DNA of 64,000 nucleotides from Heterodontus francisci (Eukaryota), in the NCBI RefSeq assembly GCF_036365525.1, contig NW_027142279.1, positions 372,001-436,000 of the forward strand, written 5' to 3'. Position numbers and translations under genes: made by a program. A model generated the notes under the pieces. The model was not told the DNA's origin, did not search any database, and saw nothing but the letters and a program-made list of their open reading frames with translations. Of this stretch, positions 11,700 to 24,148 are shown one piece after another (positions within the stretch are counted from its first letter, which is position 1; every line of letters begins with the position of its first letter).

Positions 11700-14331
11700 T
11701 GGGGTCAGTGAGTGGAGTCAATGAGTGGAGTCAGTGAGTGGGATCAGTGTGTGGGGTCAGTGAGTGGGGTCACTAAGTGGGGTCAGTGAGCGGAAGCAGT
11801 AAGTGGAGTCAGTGAGTGGAGTCAGTGTGCATAGGCAGTGAGTGGAGTCTGTACGTGGAGGAGTGAGTGGGGTCAGTGAGCGGGGACAGTGAGTTGATGT
11901 AGTGGTGGAGTCAATGAGTGGAGTCACTGAGCGGAGGCAGTGAGTGGAGTCTGTAATTGGAGTCCATATGTGGTGTCATTGAGCTGGGACAGTGAGTGGA
12001 GGCAGTGAGTGGAGTCAGTGAGCGGATTCAGTGAGACGGGACATTGAGTGGAGGCAGCGAGTGGAGTCAGTGAGCGGAGTCAGTGAGCGGAGGCACTGAG
12101 TGGAGTCTGTGAGTGGAGTCCTTGAGTGGTGTCTGTGAGTGTGGGATGGTGAGTGGAGTCAGTGAGCAGGGTTAGTGAGCGGGGTTGGTGAGCGGTGCCA
12201 GTGGGGAGTCAGTGAGTGGGATCAGTAACTGGGGTCAGTGAGCGGGGTTAGTGAGTTGGTTCAGTGCGTGGGGTCAGTGCGTGGAGTCAGTGAGTGGAGT
12301 CACTGAGTGATGTCACTCAGTGGAGTCAGTGAGTGAGGTCAGTGAGTGGAGTCAGTGTGTGGAGTCACTGAGTGGTGTCACTCAGTGAAGTCAGTGAGTG
12401 AGGTCAGTGAGTGGAGTCAGTGTGCGGGGTTAGTGAGCGGGGTAAGTGCGTGCGGACAGTGACTGGAGTCAGTGAGTGGAGTCACTGAGTGGAGTCACTG
12501 AGTGGAGTCACTGAGTGGAGTCAGTGAGCGGGGTTAGTGAGCGGGGTCAGTGCGTGCGGTCGGTGACTGGAGTCAGTGAGTGGAGTCACTGAGTGGTGTC
12601 ACTCAGTGGAGTCAGTGAGTGAGGTCCGTGAGTGGAGTCAGTGAGCGGGGTTAGTGAGTGGGTTCAGTGCGTGGGGTCAGTGCGTGGAGTCAGTGAGTGG
12701 AGTCACTGAGTGATGTCACTCAGTGGAGTCAGTGAGTGAGGTCAGTGATGGAGTCAGTGAGCGGGGACAGTAAGTGGAGTCAGTGAGCCGGGTTAGTGAG
12801 CGGGGTTAGTGAGTGGCATCAGCGAGTGGGGTCAGTGACCGGGTTACTGAGCGGGGTCAGTGCGTGCGGTCAGTGACTGGAGTCAGTGAGTGGAGTCAGT
12901 CAGTGGAGTCACTCAGTGGAGTCAGTGAGTGAGGTCAGTGAGTGGAGACAGTCAATGGTGTCAGTGAGTGGAGTCAGTGAGTGGGGTCAGTGAGTATGGA
13001 TAGTGAGTGGAGTCAGTGGGTTGGGTCAGTGAGAGGAGTCAGTGAGTGGTATATGTGAGTGGGGTCAGTGAGTGATGACAGTGAGTGGAGTCAGTGAGTG
13101 GGGTCAGTGAGTGGGGTCAGTGGAGTCAGTGAGTGGGGTCAAAGAGAGGAGTCAGTGACTGGTGTCAGTGGGTGGGGTCAGTGAGAGGAGTCATTGAATG
13201 GGGCCAGTGAGTGGGGTCAGTGAGTGGAGTCAGTGAGTGGTGTCAGTGAGTGGGGTCAGTGTGTGGGGACAGATGAGTGGAGTCAGTGAGTGGGGTCAAT
13301 GAGTGGGGTCAGTGAGCGGGGTCAGTGAGAGGGGTCAGTGAGTGGGGTCAGTGAGTGGGGACAGTGAGTGGGGACAGTCAGCGGAGTCAGTGAGTGGAGG
13401 CATTGAGTGGAGTCTGTGAGTGGAGTCCGTGAGTGGTGTCAGTGATCGGGGACAGTGAGTGGAGTCAGTGAGCAGGGTTAGTGAGCGGGGTCAGTGAGCG
13501 GGGTCAGTGGGGAGTCAGTGAGTGGGATCAGTAAGTGGGGTCAGTGAGTGGGGACAGTGAGTGGAGTCAGTGAACGGGATTAGTGAGCGGGGCTAGTGAG
13601 CGGGGTCAGTGAGTGTGGTCAGTGACCGGGGTTAGAGAGAGAGGACAGTGCGTGCGGTCAGTGACTGGAGTCAGTGAGTGGAGTCACTCAGTGGAGTCAC
13701 TCAGTGGAGTCAGTGAGTAGGGTCAGTGAGTGGGGTCAGTGAGTTTAGACAGTGAGTGGAGTCTGTGAGTGGTGTCAGTGAGTGGCGTCAGTGAGTGGGG
13801 TCAGTGAGTGTGGACAGTGAGTGGAGTCAGTGAGTTGAGTCAGTGAGAGGAGTCATTGAGTGGTGTCAGTGAGTGGGGTCAGTGAGTGGGGACAGTGAGT
13901 GGAGTCAATGAGTGGGGTCAGTGAGTGGTGTCAGTGAGTGGGGTCAAAGAGAGGAGTCAGTGACTGGTGTCAGTGGTTGGGGTCAGTGAGAGGAGTCAGT
14001 GAGTGGGGTCAGTGAGTGGGGTCAGTGAGTGGAGTCTGTGAGTGGGGTCAGTGAGTGGGGTCAGTGAGTGTGGACAGTGAGTGGAGTCACTGAGTGGGGT
14101 CAGTGAGAGGAGTCAGTGAGTGGTGTTAGTAAGTGGGGTCAGTGAGTGGGGACAGTCAGTGGAGTCAGTGAGTGGGGTCAGTGAGTGGGGTCAGTGAGCG
14201 GGGTCAGTGAGAGGGGTCAGTGAGTGGGGTCAGTGCGAGAGGACAGTGAGTGGAGTCAGTGAGAGAGGACAGTGAGTGGAGTCACTGAGTGGTGTCAGTG
14301 AGCGGGGTCAGTGAGAGGAGTCAGTGAGTGG
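11700..14331 (+). repeat. 13-bp G-rich minisatellite (GGRGTCAGTGAGT)n
   Basis: About 2.6 kb of degenerate tandem units running into an N-run. Confidence 0.95.
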
Positions 14332-15386
14332 NNNNNNNNNNNNNNNNNNNNNNNNNNNNNNNNNNNNNNNNNNNNNNNNNNNNNNNNNNNNNNNNNNNNN
14401 NNNNNNNNNNNNNNNNNNNNNNNNNNNNNNNNNNNNNNNNNNNNNNNNNNNNNNNNNNNNNNNNNNNNNNNNNNNNNNNNNNNNNNNNNNNNNNNNNNNN
14501 NNNNNNNNNNNNNNNNNNNNNNNNNNNNNNNNNNNNNNNNNNNNNNNNNNNNNNNNTCTATCTATTGTTCCATTTGTCTATCCATCCATCGCTCTATCGA
14601 TCCCTCCAGCTATCGATATATATCTCTATTTATCTATTTATCTCTATTCACTCTGAAATCGATATATATTTGTCATCGATCGACTTATCTGACTCTTATC
14701 TGTCTAAGTGTATATTCATCCCTCTGTTGTTTATCATATATCTAACGTCATTGTTTACATCTCGCAGTTACATCAGTGATATATCATGATTTGCTATTTT
14801 GTTGATATTGTTGCATCTTCTTGTTCTCCTTCGATTCAGATTATATCAATACAATATTAATGGTTAAAATGCTCCATCCATGTGATAAGGCTCTTTTCGT
14901 GAAGGTAGCCTCTACATTTTAAGAACAGATTACAAGGCAGGGTAAATGGGTTCACGATACAATTGAAAGAATGGACGGAGGTTTCTGACAAGGAGTTGTT
15001 CATAGCTCCCTATTCTACATGCCCCTGATGATTCATACAATGCAAATACGAGACAACTCCCCAGATAGGTCTCTCACTGGAACAGATTCCTAATTTGGCG
15101 GTTTTGAGCAACTGTTGACAATTGTTAACCAACTTGTCTTTCAGACATTCGGTGTCTTTTGAACAACTTTTAAAGCATCTGAGAGTTCGGCCCAGGCAAG
15201 AATTTAACCCTTCAATTCTCGTTTAGGAGACAGGGAAAATAAGTATTTCTCTGACTAAAACAAACAAGCCCCTTGATGCATCTTCGATAGTTATTGAATC
15301 ATTCAGCACTGACCAAAGTCATTCGATCAATCGAGCCTGGCCTGGCTGTTCGAAACAGTTACCCAAAATAAACAACATCATCCCTT

Positions 15387-16155
15387 GGCCATGGGCTGCA
15401 AGAAGTACAGAATCTGTTACAAACTGCTGGATTGCACATGAACTAAAGTAACCTGAGCTCAGACACTGGCCTGTGCTGGTGAAAACCAGTTTGAACTAAT
15501 TAATTTATGTGACAGACAAGGGAGAAATCACAGGAATAGAGCCTTATTTGGAAACGGTGTGATACCAGCGTCTTTGGGCCTGGGCCAATAAGGACAAGAT
15601 ACGAACGAGGTGAGCAGGCCTAAACCAACAGGAAAGAGACAGCACAGATTTGAAGAGATAAGAAAGAGAATAAGTATGGAGAGTCTCAGGCATAGAGCCA
15701 GCGAGAAACTCCAGAGACCAACCATCGTGGAAGTGGAAGACCCTGCGTGAGCAACACGGTGACGACGTCAAAGAGAGAGAGATCAGAACGTCTGGCCAGC
15801 ATCAGCTCTCCCCTTTCCGGGAATTATCGTTTGTTTTCTGTGACGAGGTCAGGGAAAGGTCAGAGGAACCTCGTGGGTGTGCTTGTCAATTCTAGCTAGC
15901 TTTGTTATTAACTGTATAACCCAATTTGAGTTGCATGCTTTTGTCTAACCAAGTGTATAAGCCTTATTCTTACATTGTACAACAACGTGAACAAAGTAAC
16001 TTGGCAGTTAAAGAAAGGACTGAGTTTTCTCCTCTTTCTACTAAGCCATTAACTGTCGCTGGTGGATTAGGTGGAGGGTGGCTCTCCTGTAACCCCAATA
16101 TCCCAAACACCCAGCCTGAGTCTGAATTAAGAGGACGAAGTCCCACGTAACGGCC
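15387..16155 (+). mobile_element. Possible solo LTR
   Basis: Ends in CCCACGTAAC with TGTTAC/GTGGG near the left end and GGCC on both flanks. Internal TATAAG; AATAAA is present in the paralog near 54235. Confidence 0.3.
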
Positions 16156-16384
16156 AGGATTAAGTGGGTGAAGGAAATAAAGGGGCCAAGGGGGAGTTGA
16201 CTCCGCGCCATGGTTTACAATCCTGTTCCCATCTCTCTGCATCTCAGCCCATCAGCACCTCCTTCTATTCCTTACTCCCTCATGTCCTGATCTAATCTCC
16301 CCCTTAAATGCATCTCCACTATTGGCCTTAACTTACTCGCTGTGGTCGTGAAATTGAGCCCCCTGGTTCTAGACTTCTCAACCA

Positions 16385-18110
16385 CAGAATCACAGAATTG
16401 TTACAGTGCAGAAGGAGGTCATTCGGCCCACCGTGCCCGCACTGTCTCTCTGGAAGAGAAATTCCCTCAGTCCCACTCCCCTGCCTTCTCCCCATAACCC
16501 TGCACATCCTTCCTTTCCATATAACTGTCTAATTCGCTCTTGAATGCTTCAATTGAACCTGCCTCCACCACGTTCTCAGGCAGTGCATTCTGGACCTTCA
16601 CCACTCGCTGTGTGAAAAAGTTCTCCCTCATGTCACTTTTGCTTCCCTTACCAAATACTTTAAATCTGTGCCCTCTCGATCCTTTCACGAGTGGGAAAAG
16701 TTTCTCTCCATCTACTCTGTCCAGATCCCTCATGATTTGGAAAACCACCATCAAATCACCTCTCAGCCTTCTCTTCTCCAAGTAAAACTGTCCCAACCCG
16801 TCCTTCCACTCTTAATGACTGAAATAAATATACACCTTGGCCCCTGTGCTCCTGCACCCCCTTTCGAGTTGTGCCCTTTATTCTCTGTTGTTCATCCGAC
16901 CAAAATGAATCACTTCACATTTCTCTGCATTGAACCTCATCTCCACCTGTCTGCCCATTCCACCAACTTGTTTCTGTCCTTTTCAAGTTTGACATTATCC
17001 TCCTCATAGTTCACAATACTTCCAAGTTTCGTATCATCGGCAAACTTTGAAACTGTGCCCTGTACACCGAGGTCTAGGTCATTAATATATATCAGGAAAA
17101 GCAAAGGTCCTAATAATGATCCCTGGGGAACTCCACTACAAAACTTCCTCCAGCCCGAAAAAACATCCATTAACCATTGCTCTTTGTTTTCTGTCACTAA
17201 ACCAATTTCGTATCCATGTTGATATCGTCCCTTTTATTCCACGAGTTACAAGTTTTCTCACAGGTTTGTTGTGTGGCATTGTATCAAACGCCTTTTGAAA
17301 GTCCATGTATACCACATCCACAGCATTGCCCTCATCAACCCTCTCTGTTGCCTTCTCAAAAAAATTCCAGCAGGTTAGTTAAACATGATTTTCCCTTATG
17401 GAATCCATGCTGTCTTTCATTAATTAACTCGTCCATGTGACTATTGATTTTGTCCCGAATTATTTTTTCTAGAAGTTTCCCTACCACCAAAGTTAAACTG
17501 GCCTGTAGTTGCTGGGCTTATCTTTCCCCCTTTTTTGAATAAGGGTGTAACGTTTGAAATTCTCCAGTCCTCTGGCACCAGCCCTGAGTCTAAGGAAGAC
17601 TGAAAAATTATGGCCAACGCCTCTGCGATTTCCATCCTCACTTCCCTCATCTCATCTGGTGCTGGTGCTTTATCCACTTTCTGGTCAGACAGCCAATCTA
17701 ATACTTTCTCTGCACCCATTTTAAACACTCTAGTGTCTGAATTACCTTCTCTTTCAACCAGAGGAAGCTTCTTACCTGCATCTCCCCTGTCTATCCCTTT
17801 AAGGACTTTGTAGGTTTCAATGAGATCACCTCTCATTCTTCGAAACTCTAGAGAATACAGGCCCATTTTCCCAAATCTCTCTTCATAGGACAGACCCGCC
17901 ATCCCGGGAACATGTCGGATGATCCTTCTTAGCACTCCCTCTATGGGAATAATATCCTTCCGAAGGTCAGGGGACCAAAACTGCACACAGCACTCCAGGT
18001 GCGGTCTAACCATGGTTCTGTGCAATTGAAGCAAGACTTCACTACTCCTGTACTCAAATCCTCTTGGGATAAAGGCTAACATAACATTAACCTTCCTAAT
18101 TGCCTGTTGA
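16385..18110 (-). mobile_element. Composite of decayed CR1-clade LINE ORF2 (reverse transcriptase) fragments
   Basis: Minus ORFs [42 protein letters not shown]. Confidence 0.9.
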
Positions 18111-18968
18111 TGCTATATGTGAAGTTTCTACCTTCTGAAGCTCCTGCCAGGGGATATCATTTCTCCCTAACTACTCTATCGAACGGCTGTACCTCCAGGG
18201 TTAAAACATCCCATTAGCTTGCTCTGATCCAGGAAAACTGTCCCAGCGTCTCCAGTCTCTCCACATAACAACCGTCTCTCAACCATGGCACCATTCTGGT
18301 AAATGTCTCTTGAACCGTCCCTGGTCCAAGGGTAACAATGGCTTAGTTGCAATGTCACTGCGATAATAAGCCAGAGGCCTAGGCTGATGCCCAGTTTACA
18401 CGGGTTCAGGCACCGGCACACCCAGTGCAACTTAAACCTGCCAATGGCCCAGTAATGTGCATAGCCCTGCTGCAGAATAGGTAAGGAGCCCAGTGCCACA
18501 CAGATGGTGTTGCACCTACTTGCCTCAGGCCAGTGCTGCTTACAACGTTTGCCAGGAGACACACGGCATCGACCTCTGGCTATTCGGGGATGAAGGTGTG
18601 GATAATCTGGAATCCAGATGTCTATAAATTGGAAATCTACATGTGGCTAATGTGGGAATGCCGATAAGGCTCGTTGGGAATCTGGATATGTTCAATTGGA
18701 GAATTCTAATCAGTAAATTAAAAATTGAGTAACAGGCACCCTTGTTGGGGATGTTAACAACACTTACTCCAGTCACTCAACCATCAGAAGCAACCACGTC
18801 CATTCTGATTGGTTGGGTGGTGGAAGGGGGCGTGTCCAACACTGCATCACTTCCTCATGCTCTTCATATTTTCCTCAATGATTTGTCAAGAGCAGGTTTG
18901 GACCCTCACAAGGCTTACACTCTGGTTCTCGCTGCTTTGCTTACTTCGAGAACAGCTTCAAGGGGAAG

Positions 18969-19423
18969 ATGTATCAGTCATTGGCTCTGATAATCATTTT
19001 TCACTGTGAGTGAGTCTGAAATACCAACATTTTCTCTCATAACCTTCCTTTACTCATTCCCCCTTCCTTTTAATTTCCTAGAAATCCCCTGTTTACTGAA
19101 CTCTTCCTCTTCCCCACACTCTCCCAGGTGTGAACTCGCAGACTATCCTCCAGACTCCTGCCGCTGTCTCCAGAGTTGTGGGGGAGGAAGTGGAACTGAA
19201 GTGCACTGTGGAGGGGAGCAGTACTCTTCCCTTGATCTGGTACAGACTATACCCGGGGAAGGAGCCTCAGGTTATGTTTTACTCCACGGGTACTAATCAC
19301 AAAAGTCCAGAGAAGGCGGTGGACGGTTTCACTGCCGAGAGACCAACTAGCACCCAGTTCAACCTGGAGTCCACCAGCCTGCGGGAGAATCACTCGGCCG
19401 TGTATTTCTGTGCCTGGAGTCTT
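18969..19423 (+). CDS. TRBV: TRBV30-like segment V5, apparently functional: leader 18969-19005, V exon 19128-19423
   Basis: ATG leader, GTGAGT donor, open exon SQTILQ..KC..IWYR..YFCAWSL. RSS CACAGTG 19424-19430, 23 nt, ACAAAAACC 19454-19462. Confidence 0.92.
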
Positions 19424-20284
19424 CACAGTGACTCAGAGAGCTGGAGCAGGTCAACAAAAACCCCAAAGGCAGCAGGAAACACCTGTTGGACATACAATAG
19501 CGCGGTATTTCCACTTGAATTGATGCAGGGCCATCATATTTTTGACAGTAAGAATAGACGGGTGAGAATAAAATTGAGAGCACAGGTGCAGAGGCGAAGA
19601 GTCTGGCCTCTTTCTGTGCTGATAAGTTTTCTATCTTTCTATGAAAGATTAAGAAGGGTGGCACCACACTGAGGTTTTAACTATCAGGAGAGAATATCAG
19701 GAAAGCGATTGGGGTTTTATCCACTAACACGGTGTCTTCTTTCACTCAGATGATCAAACACACAACTCTCTTTGTTAGGAACAAAGGAAGAGGAGTGGGC
19801 CATTCAGCCCCTTTGTCCCCTTACATAGAAACAGGAGGAGATCATTCTGCAAATCTCGTAAATCTGCTCTGCACCCTAATAAGGAGCCTTACATTCTCCC
19901 TTAAATGTGGTGGCCAGAACTGGACGCAATACTCCAGCTGGAGCCGAACCAGAGCTTTATAAAGGTTCACTGCTTTTGTACTTAATACCTCCATTTATGA
20001 AGATCAGGATCCCATCTGCTTTACTAACCACTCTCTCAACATGCCCTGCCACCTTCAAAGATCGATGCATATGCAGCCTCAGGTCCACTGTTCCTTGCAA
20101 ACTCTTTCAAAATCTGCCTTTTAGTCTATATTGCCTTTGCCTATCCCTTCAGCCAAAATGCATCACAGCGAATTTCTCCAAGAAGAGGGCCCTATAGGAC
20201 CAGTAACACACAACTGCCTGGAAAACTGTTTATGAAGAATTCAGGAGGAGGTCTCTCAGTCTTTTAGAGCCTCTTACAAAGGAA

Positions 20285-20575
20285 CATGAGGAGGCCAATT
20301 ACTCCCCTGCCTCATTGCGCACAAACAGGAGGAGGCTATTGATCAATGTAGAGCTTGTTAGTAGGAATTGGAGAAGGGTACTTAGTCCCCCTTGAGCCTA
20401 TTAGTATGAACAGGAGTAAGCCATTCAGCCCCATTGAGCCTGTTGCACAGGAGCAAGAGGAGGCCGATTCAGTTCCCCTCTCAGTCTGCACAGGTACAGG
20501 AGGAGGCCCATTCAGCCCCTCGAATCTGTTAAATAGGAAATGGGTGAGGCCATTCAGCCCCATCGAGCCTGTTAC
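20285..20575 (-). repeat. Tandem degenerate copies of a CR1 3'-tail motif (GAGGAGGCCATTCAGCCCCTCGAGCCTGTT-like)
   Basis: Several units; reverse complement resembles the LINE tail. Duplicated at about 58535-58825. Confidence 0.5.
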
Positions 20576-20817
20576 ATCTGAAGAGCCATCCACATGTGAC
20601 AGTTTCGCTCAGGCTCTTGTATCCAATTGGGAAATCCAGATGTGGAGATCCGCGTTTCTGATTGGCAAATACAAAAAGAGCAATTGCGAATTGACAACCA
20701 TGCTAATTCCGATTGGTTGAATGAGAGAAGGGGGCGTGACCAAACGTCCCTCACTACCTTGCTTTCCTCAATGGTTTGTAAAGATGACTTGATGAATAGG
20801 GAAAGGTCCAGTTAAAG

Positions 20818-21043
20818 ATGTATCTGTTACTGGGTCTGATGACCATCTCCCACCATAAGGAACTTTATGAAAAATAATGCTGCTTAATAATTTTCTTTAC
20901 TTTATAATTTCCTTCTCTCCTTGACGCTTTCATTCCTTCCTTCCATCCTTCTTCCTCGATAATCCAGAGTGTCCTGGCGTCATTTTCGACCCATCTCTTT
21001 CCCAGATGTGAACTCACAGACTGTCCTCCAGAGTCCCACCACT
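20818..21043 (+). pseudogene. TRBV: V relic V6: leader plus first about 12 codons of the V exon; rest of exon and RSS deleted
   Basis: Leader MYLLLGLMTISH with donor mutated to ATAAGG. CCCAG|ATGTGAACTCACAGACT at 21006, then a jump to ACCTGTGG, which follows the RSS in intact paralogs. Confidence 0.8.
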
Positions 21044-21389
21044 ACCTGTGGGAGATAAAGTTGCGCTGTACAGAGACTTGATTTTTGTGCAGGGCGATGG
21101 TGTTTGTGACAATAAGAAGGGACCCATGAGAATAAAAGTGAGAGAATAAATATAGAGGCACTGGTAAAGATGTCACTAATAGCCTGCTTCTGTTCCCTAA
21201 AACCTTCTGTCTTTCTATGAATGACTAACGGTGATGAACCCCAAATTGAGAAGATGTAAATATCAGGAAGGAATGATCACTAAAAGCATTTAGGTTTCAT
21301 CTCCTGACACTATCTTCATTCTCCACAGGGACAGCAGAGAGCGCTCTTGGACCGTCAAACACACAACAGCCTGCTCCCTGCTTATTCAG

Positions 21390-22410
21390 GACACAACATG
21401 GGAACATAGGGGATAGGAGAAGGAGTAGGCCATTTGGCTCATCGAACCGACTCATGGCTGATCACCTACCTCTGAGTCATTTCCCCCCACTATCCCCATC
21501 TCCCTTGATGTCATTAGTATCTAGAAATCAATCGCTTTCTGTCTCGAACATGCTCAATGCAGTCAGCTTACAAAGACATCTTTGGTAGAGAATTCCAAAG
21601 ATTCACAACTCTCTTAGTTAAAGAAATTCCTCCTCATCTCAGTCTTCAATGGCCTGCACCTTATTCGGAGACAGTGTATCCTGATTCCAGACTGAATACG
21701 CTATCCACATCCGTCGTGTCACGTCTTGTCAGAATTTTGTAAGTTTCAATGCGATCACCTCTTATTCTTTGGAACTCCAGAGAATACAGACCCAGTTTCT
21801 GTAATCGCTCTTCCTAAAACAAATCCACCCTGCCAGGGATTATTTTGGTGAATCTCTGCTGCATTCTCTCTTTGGCAAGTATATCCTTCCTTCGATAAGG
21901 AGAGCCTAATGGGCGGCACAGTGGCGCAGTGGTTAGCACCGCAGCCTCACAGCTCCAGGGACCCGGGTTCGATTCCGGGTACTGCCTGTGTGGAGTTTGC
22001 AAGTTCTCCCTGTGTCTGCGTGGGTTTTCTCCGGGTGCTCCGGTTTCCTCCCACAAGCCAAAAGACTTGCAGGTTGATAGGTAAATTGGCCATTATAAAT
22101 TGTCACTAGTATAGGTAGGTGGTAGGGAAATATAGGAACAGGTTTGTTGGGAATATGGGATTAGCGTAGGAATGGTATAAAAAATGGGTGGTTGATGTTC
22201 GGCACAGACTCGGTGGGCCGAAGGGCCTGTTTCAGTGCTGTATATCTAATCAAAACTGTACACAATACGAGAGGTGCATTCGCATCAAGGTTCTATACAA
22301 TTGCAACAAGACATTTTTGCACCTGTACTTAAATCCCATTGCAATGAAGGCCAGCATACCATTCGCCTTCGGAATTGCTTGCTGCACCTGCATATTAGCT
22401 GTTAGTGTTG
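21390..22410 (-). mobile_element. Decayed CR1-like LINE fragment interrupted by a SINE
   Basis: Minus ORFs KANGMLAFI..LQLYRTL..YCVQF and QRFTKIIPG. Confidence 0.75.
21911..22250 (+). mobile_element. tRNA-derived V-SINE (HE1-like)
   Basis: A-box GTGGCGCAGTGG, B-box GGTTCGATTCC, V-domain GTGGAGTTTGC..CCGGGTGCTCCGGTTTCCTCCCACA and CR1-like tail GGGCCGAAGGGCCTGTT. Confidence 0.88.
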
Positions 22411-23024
22411 TGAGTTCATAATGTTGTGTGTGATGCAACATAAATGAGAAGCGTGGAGTCCAGTTGGTTGAAGATCACAAACAAGTCTATTTACAGCTGA
22501 ACTATAATACACAGTGCTGAGCTAACTATTTACAGGACCTGCCTGTAGGTGTTCCAGTTACAGAGTGACACTGGCTACGAGTCACGTGACTACGTGCTGG
22601 AATTTATCTTATTAGCATCCTAAGATCTTAAAGGGACATGAGAGAGAGATGGAGAGACGGACAGAGAAAGACAGAGGGAGAGAGAAAGATTAACACCAAC
22701 GAATACAATAACAACTTCAGGAAAAAACACCAACAAATGCAGCAGCAACTTCAGCAGGCGACTAGCACCAAAAAATGCAACAACTTCAGCTGGAGACTAC
22801 CAGCAACAAATGCAGCAACAACTTCAGCAGGAGACTAAGAGCAACAAACGCACCAACAACTTATACTTGCAGCCAAACAGATAGACAGGGGTGTGGCTTC
22901 CAATCAGGGAGGAAGGAGTTGTGAAAACCAAATCACTTACTTCAGTCTTCATGTAGCTCCTCACAGGACTCAAAGCTCTTGTTTCCACTGATTTACAGAT
23001 TACAAACACAGCTTCCAGTAGAAG

Positions 23025-23122
23025 ATGTATCTGTTACTGAATCTGATAGCGTTATTTCAATGTAAGGGATCTTTTTCCCAAGTAACTTTTTGTGTTGACA
23101 TTCAACATTTATCTTTTCGCAG
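23025..23122 (+). pseudogene. TRBV: Orphan V leader V7 (23025-23061) with intron and acceptor but no V exon
   Basis: MYLLLNLIALFQ|GTAAGG is homologous to the other leaders. Acceptor TTTTCGCAG ends at 23122 and is followed by the CTCF-motif repeat. Confidence 0.7.
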
Positions 23123-23134
23123 TACCCGTTTCCC

Positions 23135-23520
23135 GCAATTAGGGGGAGCAGTTGCTGGAGGTGCAGCTCTCATTGCCAACCAACAGGGGGCAGCAGTAGA
23201 TGGAGGTGCAGCTCTCATTGCCCACCAACAGGGGGCAGCAGTAGATGGAAGTTCAGCTCGCATTGCCCACCAAAAGGGGGTCAGCAGGAGCTGGAGGTGC
23301 AGCTCTCTTTGTCTACCAACAGAGGGCAGCAGTAGACGGAGGTGCAGCTCTCTGCCCACCAAAAAGGGGGCAGCAGTCGATGGAGGTGCAGCTCTCAGTG
23401 CCCACCAACAGGGAGCAGCAGTAGATGGAGGTGCAGCTGTCATTGCCCACCAACAGGGAGCAGCAGTAGATGGAGGTGCAGCTGTCATTGCCCACCAACA
23501 GGCGGCAGCAGTAGATGGGA
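23135..23520 (+). repeat. 45-bp tandem repeat, about 9 units, CTCF-consensus motifs
   Basis: Unit CCACCAACAGGGGGCAGCAGTAGATGGAGGTGCAGCTCTCATTGC, homologous to the unit at 556-907. Confidence 0.85.
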
Positions 23521-23689
23521 TTTCAGCAACAAGAACACTAAATGTTAGAAATCCTCAGTGCATCAGGCAGGATCTGCAGAGAGTAAAACAGAGCTATCGC
23601 TTCACATCAGAACCGGCAAACATGAGAAGCGTTTTGAGCAACTTAAATGGATGTTTGAGCGTGAAGAAATGCAAAAGAGACAGTCTGTG

Positions 23690-24117
23690 ATAGGGTGGGG
23701 AGGGGAGGGACAGATAGAGAGATAGAGGGAGACAGGGAGAGATAGAGAGGCAGAGAGAGAGAGAAAGGCAGAGAAAGAGATACATAGAGAGAGGAACATA
23801 AAGACAAAGACCCACAGAGACAGAGAGAGAGACAGATAGATGGAGATCGAGTAATATAGCGTTTGAAAAACAGAGACAGAGTGAGGCAGAGAGACGGAGA
23901 TGGAGTGACTGCGAGAGACTGAGAGAGAGATAGAGACAAAGAGAGAGAGACTGAGAGAGAGAAAGGCAGAGAAATTGACATATATAGAGAGAAACACAGA
24001 GACAGAGACCCACAGAGACAGAGAGAGAGACAGATAGACGGAGTTCGAGTAATATAGCGTTTGAAAAAGAGAGACAGAGTGAGGCAGAGAGACAGAGATG
24101 GAGTGAATGCGAGAGAA

Positions 24118-24148
<31 letters not shown>

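Noticed and set aside
21911-21985. tRNA gene
   Set aside because: The A and B boxes are the head of a SINE and continue into the V-domain and LINE-derived tail.
22405-22640. Possible reverse-oriented LTR fragment
   Set aside because: Only a TG start and a TTTATT in one copy support it, and no second terminus or target-site duplication could be defined.
22695-22862. Gln-rich ORF from CAA/CAG repeats
   Set aside because: It is a degenerate trinucleotide tract that is shorter in the paralog and has no gene structure.
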